This document shows positions 25,565 to 36,831 of a stretch of DNA of 64,000 bases, in pieces. This DNA comes from Tubiluchus corallicola (Eukaryota; Animalia; Priapulida), in assembly GCA_030141605.1 (NCBI GenBank), contig JAQGDQ010000025.1, positions 602,907 to 666,906 of the forward strand, read 5' to 3'. A program made the translations under genes and the position numbers. The notes beneath the pieces are model-generated. The model saw only the letters and a list, made by a program, of their open reading frames with translations, ran no database searches and was not told the DNA's origin. Position 1 is the first letter of the stretch. Every line of letters begins with the position of its first letter.

Positions 25565-27580
25565 GATGTTTTAATTGAACGATGTAAAAGTGCTCGCTTG
25601 CCCGCAAGTTGTATCAGTTTGGCTCCTCTTAAAACAGCGAGGACTTCTTAATAGTACAACTGAAAAGTAAATAAGTTCCAGTAAGTGTTAAATATCTATA
25701 TTTTAAACTAAAAGCTGGTTCACATTAATCTGTCATAAATAAATGGTGATCAATATTACATTTCGTATGCTCCTCTGAATATCACCATTTTAAAACATTA
25801 TCATCTCTCGCCAAAAGAGAACACCTTGCTAGATCAACAAAATTAAAAAAATTGCCTCCTGAAGAGTGCATTAAAAGTTTATTAGTAGTTATTAAAACTC
25901 TATGGCTTAAAACAAAAGCTATGAAATAATATTCATAAACGGTACATTTGCAATCACTATGATGGCAATTTAGGCTATTTACAGTAACTATATACTAATT
26001 TTTCAAATTATACATAAAAAACTAGGCTAAAAATGTAACCTGTCACATTACAGTTGAGCACCCGGCCTCGAAGTGGTCGATATCCATGGGTCAATGGGAC
26101 TAGCCAACGGTCAATAAAAATCTGGTGATCAAAAAGGGGTGTCACAGGAGATGAGTGGATACAGAACAACAGTTTTGCAGGTCTTGGTATGTAGTTTTCC
26201 TTGCTGATGTATATGGAAAGCACAGTTTGGTATCCAGGTCCCTCAGTAATGTATAAGGAAACAGCACATCTGCTTAATTTTTTTATATAAATATATATAT
26301 TTAGCAACAGCATTAACAATAAAGCACATATATTAGTTAACTAAAGTTTCTGCTGAATTGATATTAATTACTTAATCTACTTTTTTGTACATGCCTCGGG
26401 TCGATCAGAAATCAAGGATTCCATGAAGGGGTCAACGGTCTAAAAACTTTGGTGACCCCTGCCCTAAGCTCTAATACTATTCTAATCAAGGCACTGCATT
26501 GGCAATGTAATTAAACTTCTGATCATTTTTCTGTCATGGCAGATTTCAGTTTTTGGTGAACTGCCTTATACATGCCAGCTGTCACGTCAGCCTTTTTTGC
26601 GTAAATGCTCAGCATTGTAGTCTTGCCCATGTTGTATTTGTTATTACAAATTTAACTGATTACCAAGTCTCGGTTTATGATGTCTAGGCCTCTGTGTGAC
26701 TAGGATGAGCAGGTACATAAATTAAGTTAAATAGGCATATGCTAAAATTGAATTGCAAATTGAAAATACACATACAAGCAATTTAATGTGACCTATGTGT
26801 AAAGTAGAAGAAGACACAACAGAATACCTATTTGCTTGCAGGTGTTTAAAACAATTCAATGTTTGGCATGGGTTGCAGTTGATGCACAAAATCTACACGA
26901 CAGTTCAAATGTGGATGTTATAAGAATTACTAAAAAATTACCAAAAATTTAAGATTCAAAATTTTTCCTAATAATATGAAAAAGTATGTAATTGTAATCA
27001 GTAATTATATTAACAAAATAGAGACAGGTTATGAAAAACTAGCGTACATCGACCAGCCACCCCTGTATAAATAATTGATTTTTTAAATACCAGCTTTTTA
27101 ATATAGCATTATATCTGCTGATTGTATATATTACGCGCTATGGATTTAACAATGTCTGACGAAATAGTATTTATTAGTAATTACGATTATGCCAATGAAA
27201 ATAATCAATTCACGAATTTTTTGAAGGTTACAGTTGACAAGTGAATCCATATATATTCAGTTAATTTTCGTACAATGTACTGAGTGAACGACAGCATAAT
27301 GGAAGTTAGAAAATGGCGAATCTGGATATGAAGCTGTATAAAAGTGTATATGGTTCCAGCACTTGAACTTGTTCCTGCTGGAGAATGCTTGATGATTAGC
27401 CCTTACTTACTTTTTGCAACGAAGATCAAGTCTGAAGCGAGTTAATTGCGGACCACAATAGCAATAAACCACAATCTTCAATCTATTTCTTTTACGTATA
27501 AAATTCTGCTGTACGCAAATTCTATTATAGTCAATCTAAAATCTGAAATTTTAAAAAACGTAATACTTCTCGATATAATT

Positions 27581-28987
27581 GTAGGACGCAGAGTACGCCA
27601 CTAGCCGAAGTAGGACACTTCTGCTAAGGCGCATGTGCCAAATTTGCGGAAAAGCAGTGACGTAATGGGCAGACCAAGTAGTGTATTGCCGATTTCTGCC
27701 GAGAATTGAGAATTATGACATAACAAAACTTAAAACTAAATTTGTTTTAGAAAAAAGTAACTTTATAATAATGATGGATAGTCTTTGACAGTTTACAAAT
27801 GTATTTTTAACAATAATAATTATCATCATTATTATTAGCTCCAATAATATCATCATAACATTAAACTAAGTATCTAATGCTCTAAAGAGAGAAACTACGT
27901 AGGGCACAGAGCTCGCTAGCCCGTTTACTTACTAGAAAACAATTACTTGTCCAAGAGGTAGTGAAACTGATCACCTGTCTGTGAAGCTAAACAAAATAAA
28001 AAATGATACATCTTAAGCAAATGTTGGAATCGCCTAAAAGTGGGCTTACTTTACTTCAAAAAGATTAATATTGAAACCAAATTTAATATTGGCCGTCTTA
28101 CTTCGGCTAACGTCCTACTTTGCTTCCAACATAATAGAATAAGAGTGCATGAACGAGAAATCAAAGTAGTAGTGCGCATTATCTTCATTTTTATCTTAGT
28201 TTTATAAAGTGAACATAGATGGAAACACTGAGCACCGAGTAATCTGCTAGCCAAAGTAGGACAATTGGCGTACATGGGCTAGCCCAAGTAGGACGCGTCG
28301 TACATGGCTGCCCAAGTAGGGCATTAGACACGAGTTACGAATTGAGTCGCTAAACGTACTGACACCGTCCGTTGTCCTTGTTTATGTAATAATAATAATA
28401 ATTATAAATGTCAATACACGTTGAATAGTTTATTATACATCTGATAAAATAAAAGACTTTTACCCTGAGCGCTAGTAGAACGGCCAATATTAAATTTGGT
28501 TTCAATATTAATCTTTTTGAAGTAAAATAAGCCCAATTTTAGGCGATTCCAACATTTGCTTAAGATGTATTATTTTTTATTTCGTTTCGTTTCACAGACA
28601 GGTGATCAGTTTCACAACCTCTTGGACAAGTAATTGTTTTCTAGTAAGTAAACGGGCTAGTGAGCTCTGAGCCGTACATAGTTTCTCTCTTTAAAGCATT
28701 AGATACTTAGTTTAATATTATGATGATATTTATGGAGCTAATAATAATGATTATATTGTTGTAAATAATACATATGTTAATTATCAAGGACTATCCATCA
28801 TTATTATAAAACTAGTTTTTTCTAAAACAAATTTAGTTTTATGTTTTATTATGTCATAGATCTCGATTCTCGACAGAAATCGCTAGTGTCCTACTTGGGC
28901 TGCCCATGTACGACACTGCTTTTCCGCAAATTCAGCACATGCGTTTTACCGAAAGTACTTCGGCTAGTGGATTACTCGGCGCCCTAC
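27581..28987. repeat. Long inverted repeat (arms 27581-28096 and 28480-28987, 383-bp spacer) between the PDCD7 and OSBPL1A 5' ends
   Basis: The arms align as reverse complements over ~510 bp, e.g. TTCAAAAAGATTAATATTGAAACCAAATTTAATATTGGCCGT and its perfect reverse complement. The motif TAGCC(G/C/A)AAGTAGGAC is repeated in the arms and spacer. Confidence 0.95.
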
Positions 28988-30024
28988 ACTGGACTTGTCG
29001 CATGTCGAATGTGTTCTTTTATTTATTTCAAAATAACCAGTTGAAGTTTATCATTTAGTTTCCGAAATGTTCTTTTTTGTTTTACGTAAACGATTTATAT
29101 CACACCGTCCCCTGAAGGCGTAATTGCTAATACAAATGTGACTGATGACTGAATGCAAGTTTCTAGCAAGCGACCTATACACTAAGCGAGTTTCACTTTT
29201 TTGGTGCGTTACCAGGACCAAAACTCGTCATTACAAGTAAAAATGTGCTAAAGCAGTGATTTTTTAATCTAACGTTATTTGTATAGCAGGCAAATTTGAT
29301 AAAAATTCCTTTTCATTAGTAACGAACAGTTGGATATTGGTTTTAATAATTAGTTAAGTGTAAATGGAATTGTTTCCTTTAGTAAATGCCATGTAAATGT
29401 TTCCCAAATTTTAATAAATGTCACAAGTGATAGCCCTAAATGTCTGTCAATCTTATAGCAGCAGTAAAGATTAAAATTTCAGTTTACTGAGAAAGTTTAA
29501 TCAGGTTAATACTTTCGTATGTCATTTAAAAACTTCTAGTATCTTTAGAACTTTACTTATGCTAGTATGTAATTGGTTTTTTGCTGAACTTAGCTGAATT
29601 AGCTGAAATTTCTGCGGCGATATGTCAGTAACGTAAATCTCTTATGAACTGTGCTTGTCTCTGGAATAACAGCTGTCTACTGGTTGCTACGGTGATGTAA
29701 AACTGTGCTGTGTGAGCAAAGTTTGCTGAGTGCAGAATCTGCTGGTACAGTATCGTGAATGTTCAAGTTATCGTGTTTTATTAATTAACCGTTGTAGTTT
29801 CACACATAAAAACGGCATAATTTGCTTTCCATATTTCTCTGTTATAATACTAGCTAGCCTTTTCAATAGCTTTTGCATTTGTATGGATAATACAAAATAT
29901 GATAATTCTAAACTATAAGTTGTATCAACAAGTAAAAATTTGTGACTATATTGCCCCAGTTTTGTATAAACTAGCAGATTTTGTCTATTTGCAGGAACTT
30001 TCGATTTTTCCTACACATAAGCTA

Positions 30025-32883
30025 ATGGCAATGAACGATCAAACTAATTCAAACTCGGATTTGGCATCAGTCGAGAATTTGCTGTTACAAGTTTGCAGAA
30101 ATGGGAAAACCAGGGAGCTGGAGGAATTGCTTAATGCCAAACATGATGGTCAACTTAACTTTGATATCAATATAAGAGGTAAAAGCAAAAGTACAAATGG
30201 CTGGACGGGGCTACATCTTGCAAGTTATTTTGGTCACCAAGACGTCGTTGAATGCCTTCTTCGACATGGTGCTGATGTCAATGTGATTAATAGTGTGGGC
30301 GATACACCACTTCATAAAGCTGCATTCACATCCAGAAATGACATAGTGATTCTTTTATTGAAATACAATGCTGATGTGCACAAAATTAACGGCGAAGGAC
30401 AAACAGCAAAGGAAGTGGCGACTAAGCGGGAAATTAAAAACTTGATCCATGCGGCTGAGCAAGCTGAAATGCGTATCACTGAGGAACGTTTCTTAGAAAC
30501 AGCCAGAGAAGGAAACGTAGAGGCGATTACTGCAATACTCAAGTCACCACATCCTCCAGCAATTAACTGTACTGATGTGAATGGCAACACTGCACTGCAC
30601 TGTGCTGCCTATTGTGATCGGAAAACTGTTGCTGTCCTTCTTCTACAAAATGGTATTGACACAAGCATAAAAAATAACCGTAGTCAAACTGCACTAGATT
30701 TGGCATGGTCTGCTGAAACCAAACAGGTACTGGGAGTAAAGCCTATTAAAGAAATACAGAAACTTGTACAAAGATTTGAAGGACCTCTTTCTAGAAAATC
30801 AAAATTATTAGGCTGGAAAACAGTTTGGGTAGTAGTCGAGAGAGGTGTACTTTCGTATTATAGAAATAGAGCAGATGCCAGTTCTGGAATAAAACGAAAA
30901 CATTTCAAGTATATGGATGATGCCAAAGTGGCTCCAAAGGTAGGAGATGAGTATGCATTTTGTATACAGTTCAATGATAATGCTACACATACTCTGAGTG
31001 TTATCCCACGAGATAAAGAACAACAAGTGTGCAGACAACGCTGGATCAATGCTGTCCAAGATCACATTTCTTATAGTACTCGAGTAGCAAAGCGCGGTGG
31101 GAGAATTGAAGATTCCGATGATGATAGTTTTGACGACAATGTGCTTCCACTTGGCACGATGGCAGATGCTTTGAGCACTGCCATAGCTAATCAGCAGGTA
31201 CTTGAAGCACATGTACATGAGATTTCATCGGTTTTACAAGTTGATGCTGACTGTCATAGTGAAGAGTTGCATACGAAGTTAAGTGCAATTGTTGATACAT
31301 CAAGCCATATGCTGGGATCTTTGTCTCACTGCCTGTCAGTATGTAACCAACAACAGGAAGTTCATAGGCAGCAGTTAAAACAAGCACAGGAAAAGGCAAG
31401 AGTGCTGGAAGAGGCTCTTCACGCACTAGCAAAAGAACATCATGATTTAGAACATTCCTTTTTCAAATCTGTAAGATCAGATACCACAAACTTCTATTCA
31501 CCATTCCCTTCACCGACGCAAGGCCAATTATCTAACGGTAATGGTGATGAGGAGTTTTTTGATACTTTTGACATGACACCCTCTTCTAGCAGCACTGAGA
31601 TTACAGAGCAAATCAGTGCCATTGAGGGACAACCAGAATATTTCTGGGGTGGGCGAACTTCACTACCTGCTCCAGCTGTTTCTAGAAATAATTTTAGTGT
31701 GTGGACATTTCTTCGCCAATGTATTGGTAGGGAGCTTTCAAAAATTACTATGCCAGTTGTCTTCAACGAACCTCTGACCTTCTTGCAACGACTAGCTGAA
31801 GGTATGGAATACATTCGGCTACTCGACATTGCCTGTGACTGTGATGATCCTCTGCTTAGGATTCAATATGTTGCCGCTTATGCCGTGTCAAGTGCAGCAT
31901 CTAATGCTGAGAGAATAGCAAAACCGTTCAACCCATTGCTAGGAGAAACGTATGAGCTCTGTAGACCTGATAAAGGTTTTAGAGTTGTTCTAGAACAAGT
32001 AAGTCATCATCCACCTGTTAGTGCATTTTACACGGAATCTACTAATGGACGCTACAAGGTCTATGGTTCAGTTCATCCAAAAATTAAATTTTGGGGGAAA
32101 ACCGTGGAAGCTATACCAGAGGGTGAAATGACAGTCGAACTCACAGACCACAACGAAGTGTACAGCATGAATCACCCTAGCATTGTTGTGCATAATATTA
32201 TTTTTGGTGAAATGTGGGGTGAACAGGTAGGAGAACTGTGGGTAAAAAATTTGAATACTAATCATAAAATTTCGTTGAACTTTCGTCCTTGCGGATGGTT
32301 TGGGCGGGACTTGCATAAAGTTGACGGTTATTTGTGTGATTCATCCAATGAGAAGATTGCTGCACTATATGGCAAGTGGAACATGTGCTTGTTTAGTGTT
32401 GATGCACAAACATATGAAGATCACCTTAACAGAAAGAAAGAGAAACAATCCGAGGAAAAAGATACCAGTAGCATCACAAGGAATATAAAAGAAATACCTG
32501 ACATACCTAGTTCACTGCTTCTTTGGCAACAAGATAAGCGACCGTCAGAAAACTTTGCTCAGAATTATTGTTTTAGTTACCTTGCAATGTGTCTTAACGA
32601 GACTAACCAGGAACTGGAAGCTGTTCTGCCACCGACAGACAGTCGTTTTCGCAAGGACATGAGGTGGTTGGAGCAGGCTGATATTGACAATGCTGCCGAC
32701 TGCAAATTTGCTCTGGAAGAAAAACAAAGGGCCTCGAGAAAAGTTCGAAATGAAGAAGAAACGACTTGGGAACCTGTGTGGTTTTATTACGGAAAAAATC
32801 TACATACTGGTAAACCCGATTGGGTGTATAATGGAGAGTACTGGAACAGGGATTGGTCTGCTTGTCCCAGCATATTTTGCTAA
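30025..32883 (+). CDS. OSBPL1A: Oxysterol-binding protein-related protein 1 (ORP1L), 952 aa, intronless CDS
   Basis: It has ankyrin repeats (GWTGLHLASYFGH, GDTPLHKAA, GNTALHCAA), a PH domain, a coiled coil, an FFAT-like motif (DEEFFDTFD) and an ORD with ELSKITMPVVFNEP, KPFNPLLGETYE and EQVSHHPP. The start is placed at ATG 30025, after the acceptor TTTGCAG at ~29993. Confidence 0.93.
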   Translation: MAMNDQTNSNSDLASVENLLLQVCRNGKTRELEELLNAKHDGQLNFDINIRGKSKSTNGWTGLHLASYFGHQDVVECLLRHGADVNVINSVGDTPLHKAAFTSRNDIVILLLKYNADVHKINGEGQTAKEVATKREIKNLIHAAEQAEMRITEERFLETAREGNVEAITAILKSPHPPAINCTDVNGNTALHCAAYCDRKTVAVLLLQNGIDTSIKNNRSQTALDLAWSAETKQVLGVKPIKEIQKLVQRFEGPLSRKSKLLGWKTVWVVVERGVLSYYRNRADASSGIKRKHFKYMDDAKVAPKVGDEYAFCIQFNDNATHTLSVIPRDKEQQVCRQRWINAVQDHISYSTRVAKRGGRIEDSDDDSFDDNVLPLGTMADALSTAIANQQVLEAHVHEISSVLQVDADCHSEELHTKLSAIVDTSSHMLGSLSHCLSVCNQQQEVHRQQLKQAQEKARVLEEALHALAKEHHDLEHSFFKSVRSDTTNFYSPFPSPTQGQLSNGNGDEEFFDTFDMTPSSSSTEITEQISAIEGQPEYFWGGRTSLPAPAVSRNNFSVWTFLRQCIGRELSKITMPVVFNEPLTFLQRLAEGMEYIRLLDIACDCDDPLLRIQYVAAYAVSSAASNAERIAKPFNPLLGETYELCRPDKGFRVVLEQVSHHPPVSAFYTESTNGRYKVYGSVHPKIKFWGKTVEAIPEGEMTVELTDHNEVYSMNHPSIVVHNIIFGEMWGEQVGELWVKNLNTNHKISLNFRPCGWFGRDLHKVDGYLCDSSNEKIAALYGKWNMCLFSVDAQTYEDHLNRKKEKQSEEKDTSSITRNIKEIPDIPSSLLLWQQDKRPSENFAQNYCFSYLAMCLNETNQELEAVLPPTDSRFRKDMRWLEQADIDNAADCKFALEEKQRASRKVRNEEETTWEPVWFYYGKNLHTGKPDWVYNGEYWNRDWSACPSIFC

Positions 32884-34961
32884 GGAGCACAAGAATGATA
32901 AAACACAATAAAAATTGCATTATATTGACACACCATTGCAGCATTGTACTGATATGCACAGTATAAACATGATCGGAAAATTTCACATTTGCAAGATCTA
33001 TTACTGACATTCCCTCTCTGTGGTTGGTCACCATTTACTAATATGGTGCTGCTACAAAATTGGTTTAGTCTTTCAAAACATATTGAAGTATTGATATTTT
33101 TCAGTTTTTAATATTTTTGAGGTTTTGTTGCTTGCAAATCTTTCCTGCTGCACTTGCACAATCCACACCTTTGCTACCCCCAAGTTCCTCCTTAGGAGAC
33201 ACACTACATAATCTTTGCAAATAGTTCAGAATGTATGAATTTTACAGCTGCATATCTGAGTTTTATTTAACTAAATATCGCACAAGAACATTGTGTTACT
33301 TTAATGCATTTTTATTTTTTTATTTGTCCACACTATCATACTGCCTTACAAGTAGGAAAAGTAAAACAAAGTTAAAATACGTGTATTTCTTATAATTTTT
33401 TCAAAATCTGTTTTTGAACCGTTTCTAAAATTTTGCTGCAAATCCATACGCATATGTCAATAATACTATTGCATGTGTATAGTTAATACTAGTCAAGATG
33501 GTGCTAAGTAGTCATTAAAGTTTATTGTATGAATTGCTACTCGAGATTAGATAACTGGAAAATAACTAGTGTAAGTGGTTACTATGAACAAGAGCTAAAA
33601 CTTCATTGACAATATCTTTTTAATGATATTTGTCATTACAGGGATTTGTATGCATTTAGTGTGTAGCTAGAACTACAGTATGAGCTTTCAATGATAGTAC
33701 TGTGTACATAGACTTAACGTGGCAGGAATATTGTGTTTGCCACTGAATTAGTGCTTATCGCATTTCTTACTAATAAACTACCTGCAATCAAAAGAGAAAG
33801 ATGACCTGTGTACTGTTAGGACTATGTACTACTATGCTAGTTAGGACTAATTTACATTGGCTCACATTCTATGACTTGCACAAGAGCACGTTACTTTGCA
33901 AAGATAAATATTTATTTAGTCACCACAGTTTTGTAAATGACGTTTTACATACATTTAATTTTATTATAACATCGTTTAGCTGTGAAGATACTGTTTAATG
34001 TGTTTTTTGTTCCTAAACAAGTCTGTATTCAGCCGTACGAAGATTAGCAATGCACACCTTGCAGCATATAGACTTAAACTGTGCCAATCTAATTATTGGC
34101 ATGTAATACTCCATTGTAAAATTTATTTTCTATTTTTGTGCCAATAAATGAATTTCTACACGTACTGTATGTTTTGCAGCTAGTTATTGTTTTGCATGTA
34201 TGCTATGCTTGCAGTTGATATTTGTCATACAGCATGCTGATATAACCGTGTAATAGAAAAGGCATACTATTAACACTACATTTTACCGCATTACCTCTAT
34301 CCAAAACAGACATGAACAGAACTTGTAACTTTAAGTACTTATTTTTTCTATAATGATTATACACAGAAAAGTTAGTTTAATGTGTCAGTACAATAACCAT
34401 TCACCTATCGCTGCTGGACCAAAGCAAACTTGTTCAACTTAAATATAAAAGTAAAAGCAAGACCGATTTCGAGTTTTGATACAAAATGTCAAATTGAATG
34501 TTATTGCAAATTGCAACAACTGCATTATTACTGCCAGAAATAAACAGCTCATTAATATTATACACTCAGGAAGTGAATGTGTAGTAAATTAATTACACAA
34601 AATATGCATTAACATAGATTAATATTATTATAATATCTATAAAATAAAACAGCTCTGCGCAAATATCCTCTTAACAGCCTCCATTAGTTTAACAACATAC
34701 AAATGGTGACATAAGTGCCATATGATCCAATATATAGTCCTATACAAACCATGGGGCATCATTCCTTTACTAGAAAAGTGAAATGATATAAATTGTAACA
34801 ATAAATACTAATAACAATTAACTAACAGTAACAGATAATTACCATGCAAAATGTGATTAATAAAATGTTGCTTCCATCTAGCCACAATTATTCTGAATTT
34901 GTCAATATGCGTGCAGAAGAAGTGGAGAAAAATTTGCGCTGCACTACTTCTGCACTCTGCT

Positions 34962-35415
34962 CATTGGTGTAGCTAATGGGAGAGCAACTGCTCCCCCTAG
35001 CACGTTTTTTTCGAAATTGGCGCCTTTTTGACATTTTTTTAATTCACTTGTGCGATTGATAAATGATCCTTTAGTCGGCTGAAACAGATGAAGTCCGACC
35101 TTTGGGTGAGCATAGATTGTCTGAGGCTTTGCTCTCCATTGAAAGAGAAAGAGAGCTACTGACTGAGGTGGATTAATAAAATTATAAATAATTACTGTGC
35201 TAAAATAAGCTGTTGACGTACCTTCATGACACATTTTTCACAATGTTTCTTTTTGTTCATTTTACGTTTAAGATTAAAATAATTAAGTAACATACATGTT
35301 TTTATTGTGTTTTGAGATTCAACATAACTTTTTGTTGTGTTTTCATTTTAAATACAAAATAACAGTTATGCAGTTCCTTTAACCCTGTATCTTCCTCGTG
35401 TTTTGATTTTAAATT
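34962..35415 (+). mobile_element. Second, more degraded copy of the hAT element at 17543-18147 (opposite orientation)
   Basis: It starts CATTGGTGTAGCTAATG...AAATTGGCGCC, the reverse complement of 18078-18147. It carries the relic TTAGTCGGCTGAAACAGAT and an AT-rich segment matching 17640-17830. Confidence 0.7.
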
Positions 35416-36831
35416 GCTTGGAAATTAGAACCTGACAACACAACTGACTCTGCTATGCAAAATGCAAATACAGTCATGATTCTATTACAACACATCATAA
35501 TTATATTAATTTGTGTGTGCTGCTAACTATTATGCATTTATACATTCCTTTAATGTCACTTCCGACATTATGTCTACATTGCTGTCCTAATGTATCACAC
35601 AATATATCAGTATGAAAATAACACAAATATGTGCTTGCATACCAAAACAATCCATAAGTCGGCATAGTTAAAGCTACATTATGATGCTTCAAAGTAGAAT
35701 GACCCAAAAATTTGGTCAAATGTCAATTTTTTGTATTTTATAGAAACCAATGATAAATATATTGGACTTTTATATTCTAGCATCAAATAATCAAAAAAGT
35801 GTTAGAAAACACTAAAATCTTAATTTTATAACTCCTTCCCCACTTCTGGCTAGAAACTAATACTGCAATTGTAAAAAACTCCCATTTTCAAACTCCGATA
35901 GTAGCTCCTAGAAGCGGTCATTTTGATTCAGGTTTTTTCTGTTGCCAAGCCCAGATCTTCGTTAGGAAGAGTGATCTACTGGATTTCAACATAACTTAAA
36001 TGTGTTCTTGCAAAGTCCGTAGCAACCAACATTTGTACGGTTGCTAAGCGTTTTGCAGAAACGTGACAAAAAACAATGGCAAACTTTAAAAGCGATTTTC
36101 TCAAGATTATGCTTTTCAGTGCGTAGCCTGCACCTCACCTTCAACGTGGACTATCTCAGCTTAGAAATAACGTACAGCGATGAACTTGATATCAAAATGA
36201 TCCTCATGAAACAGAGATTCAGGATATGTGAATAGCTAGAAAAACTTAAATGCCGACACGTGGATGATTTTGCTATGCAAGCACACAAATAAAATTAATG
36301 AACGAAACAGGAATTGTGCATACACATCTTTGTTGTATTAAGTAATGAATAAACAGCACTTACAGATCCGTAATATGGACCTTCTTTACTTTTCACATTT
36401 GAAGAAATGGACAAAGATTATTGCTAGATTTTAAAGTGCATACAGTAACTACGGGATAACATTGCACAGTCTGCATTGCAGCTTGATAGTTTAGCTGGCA
36501 AGGCGGAGATGAAATTGTAAACAAAAAGTTTGTGTGAATTTCCATCTCTGTTTAAAATGTTTTGATGTCTGATGTAATGAAATCTGTTCACTGATGGTAT
36601 ACAGTGGTATAGTGATGATTTTTCATGGAATGAAATACATTGTTGCAAAAGAGAAACATGCAAAACTCTGAAAGAAAATTCGTCTCCTAATGAATCTACA
36701 GTCTAAAGATGTGATAAATAACCCCCCCCCCCAATAAATATGTGTTATAAATATCCCCTTGCAATAATAAATTACACCTTGGCAATATTGTCATATGTTA
36801 CCAGCAGACACTTCATCTCTTCCTGGTAAAA

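Noticed and set aside
26063-26460. Possible hAT MITE ending GGTGACCCCTG (also CCGGCCCTG at ~20470)
   Set aside because: Only one TIR-like end is visible and there is no TSD, so boundaries cannot be supported.
28246-28322. CRISPR-like repeat-spacer array
   Set aside because: Only three ~30-bp units with largely shared inter-repeat sequence, in a eukaryotic context with no cas genes.
29899-30024. N-terminal 42-aa extension of the OSBPL1A ORF
   Set aside because: It spans an AT-rich tract ending in a good acceptor (TTTGCAG, ~29993), so it is probably intron and 5'UTR.
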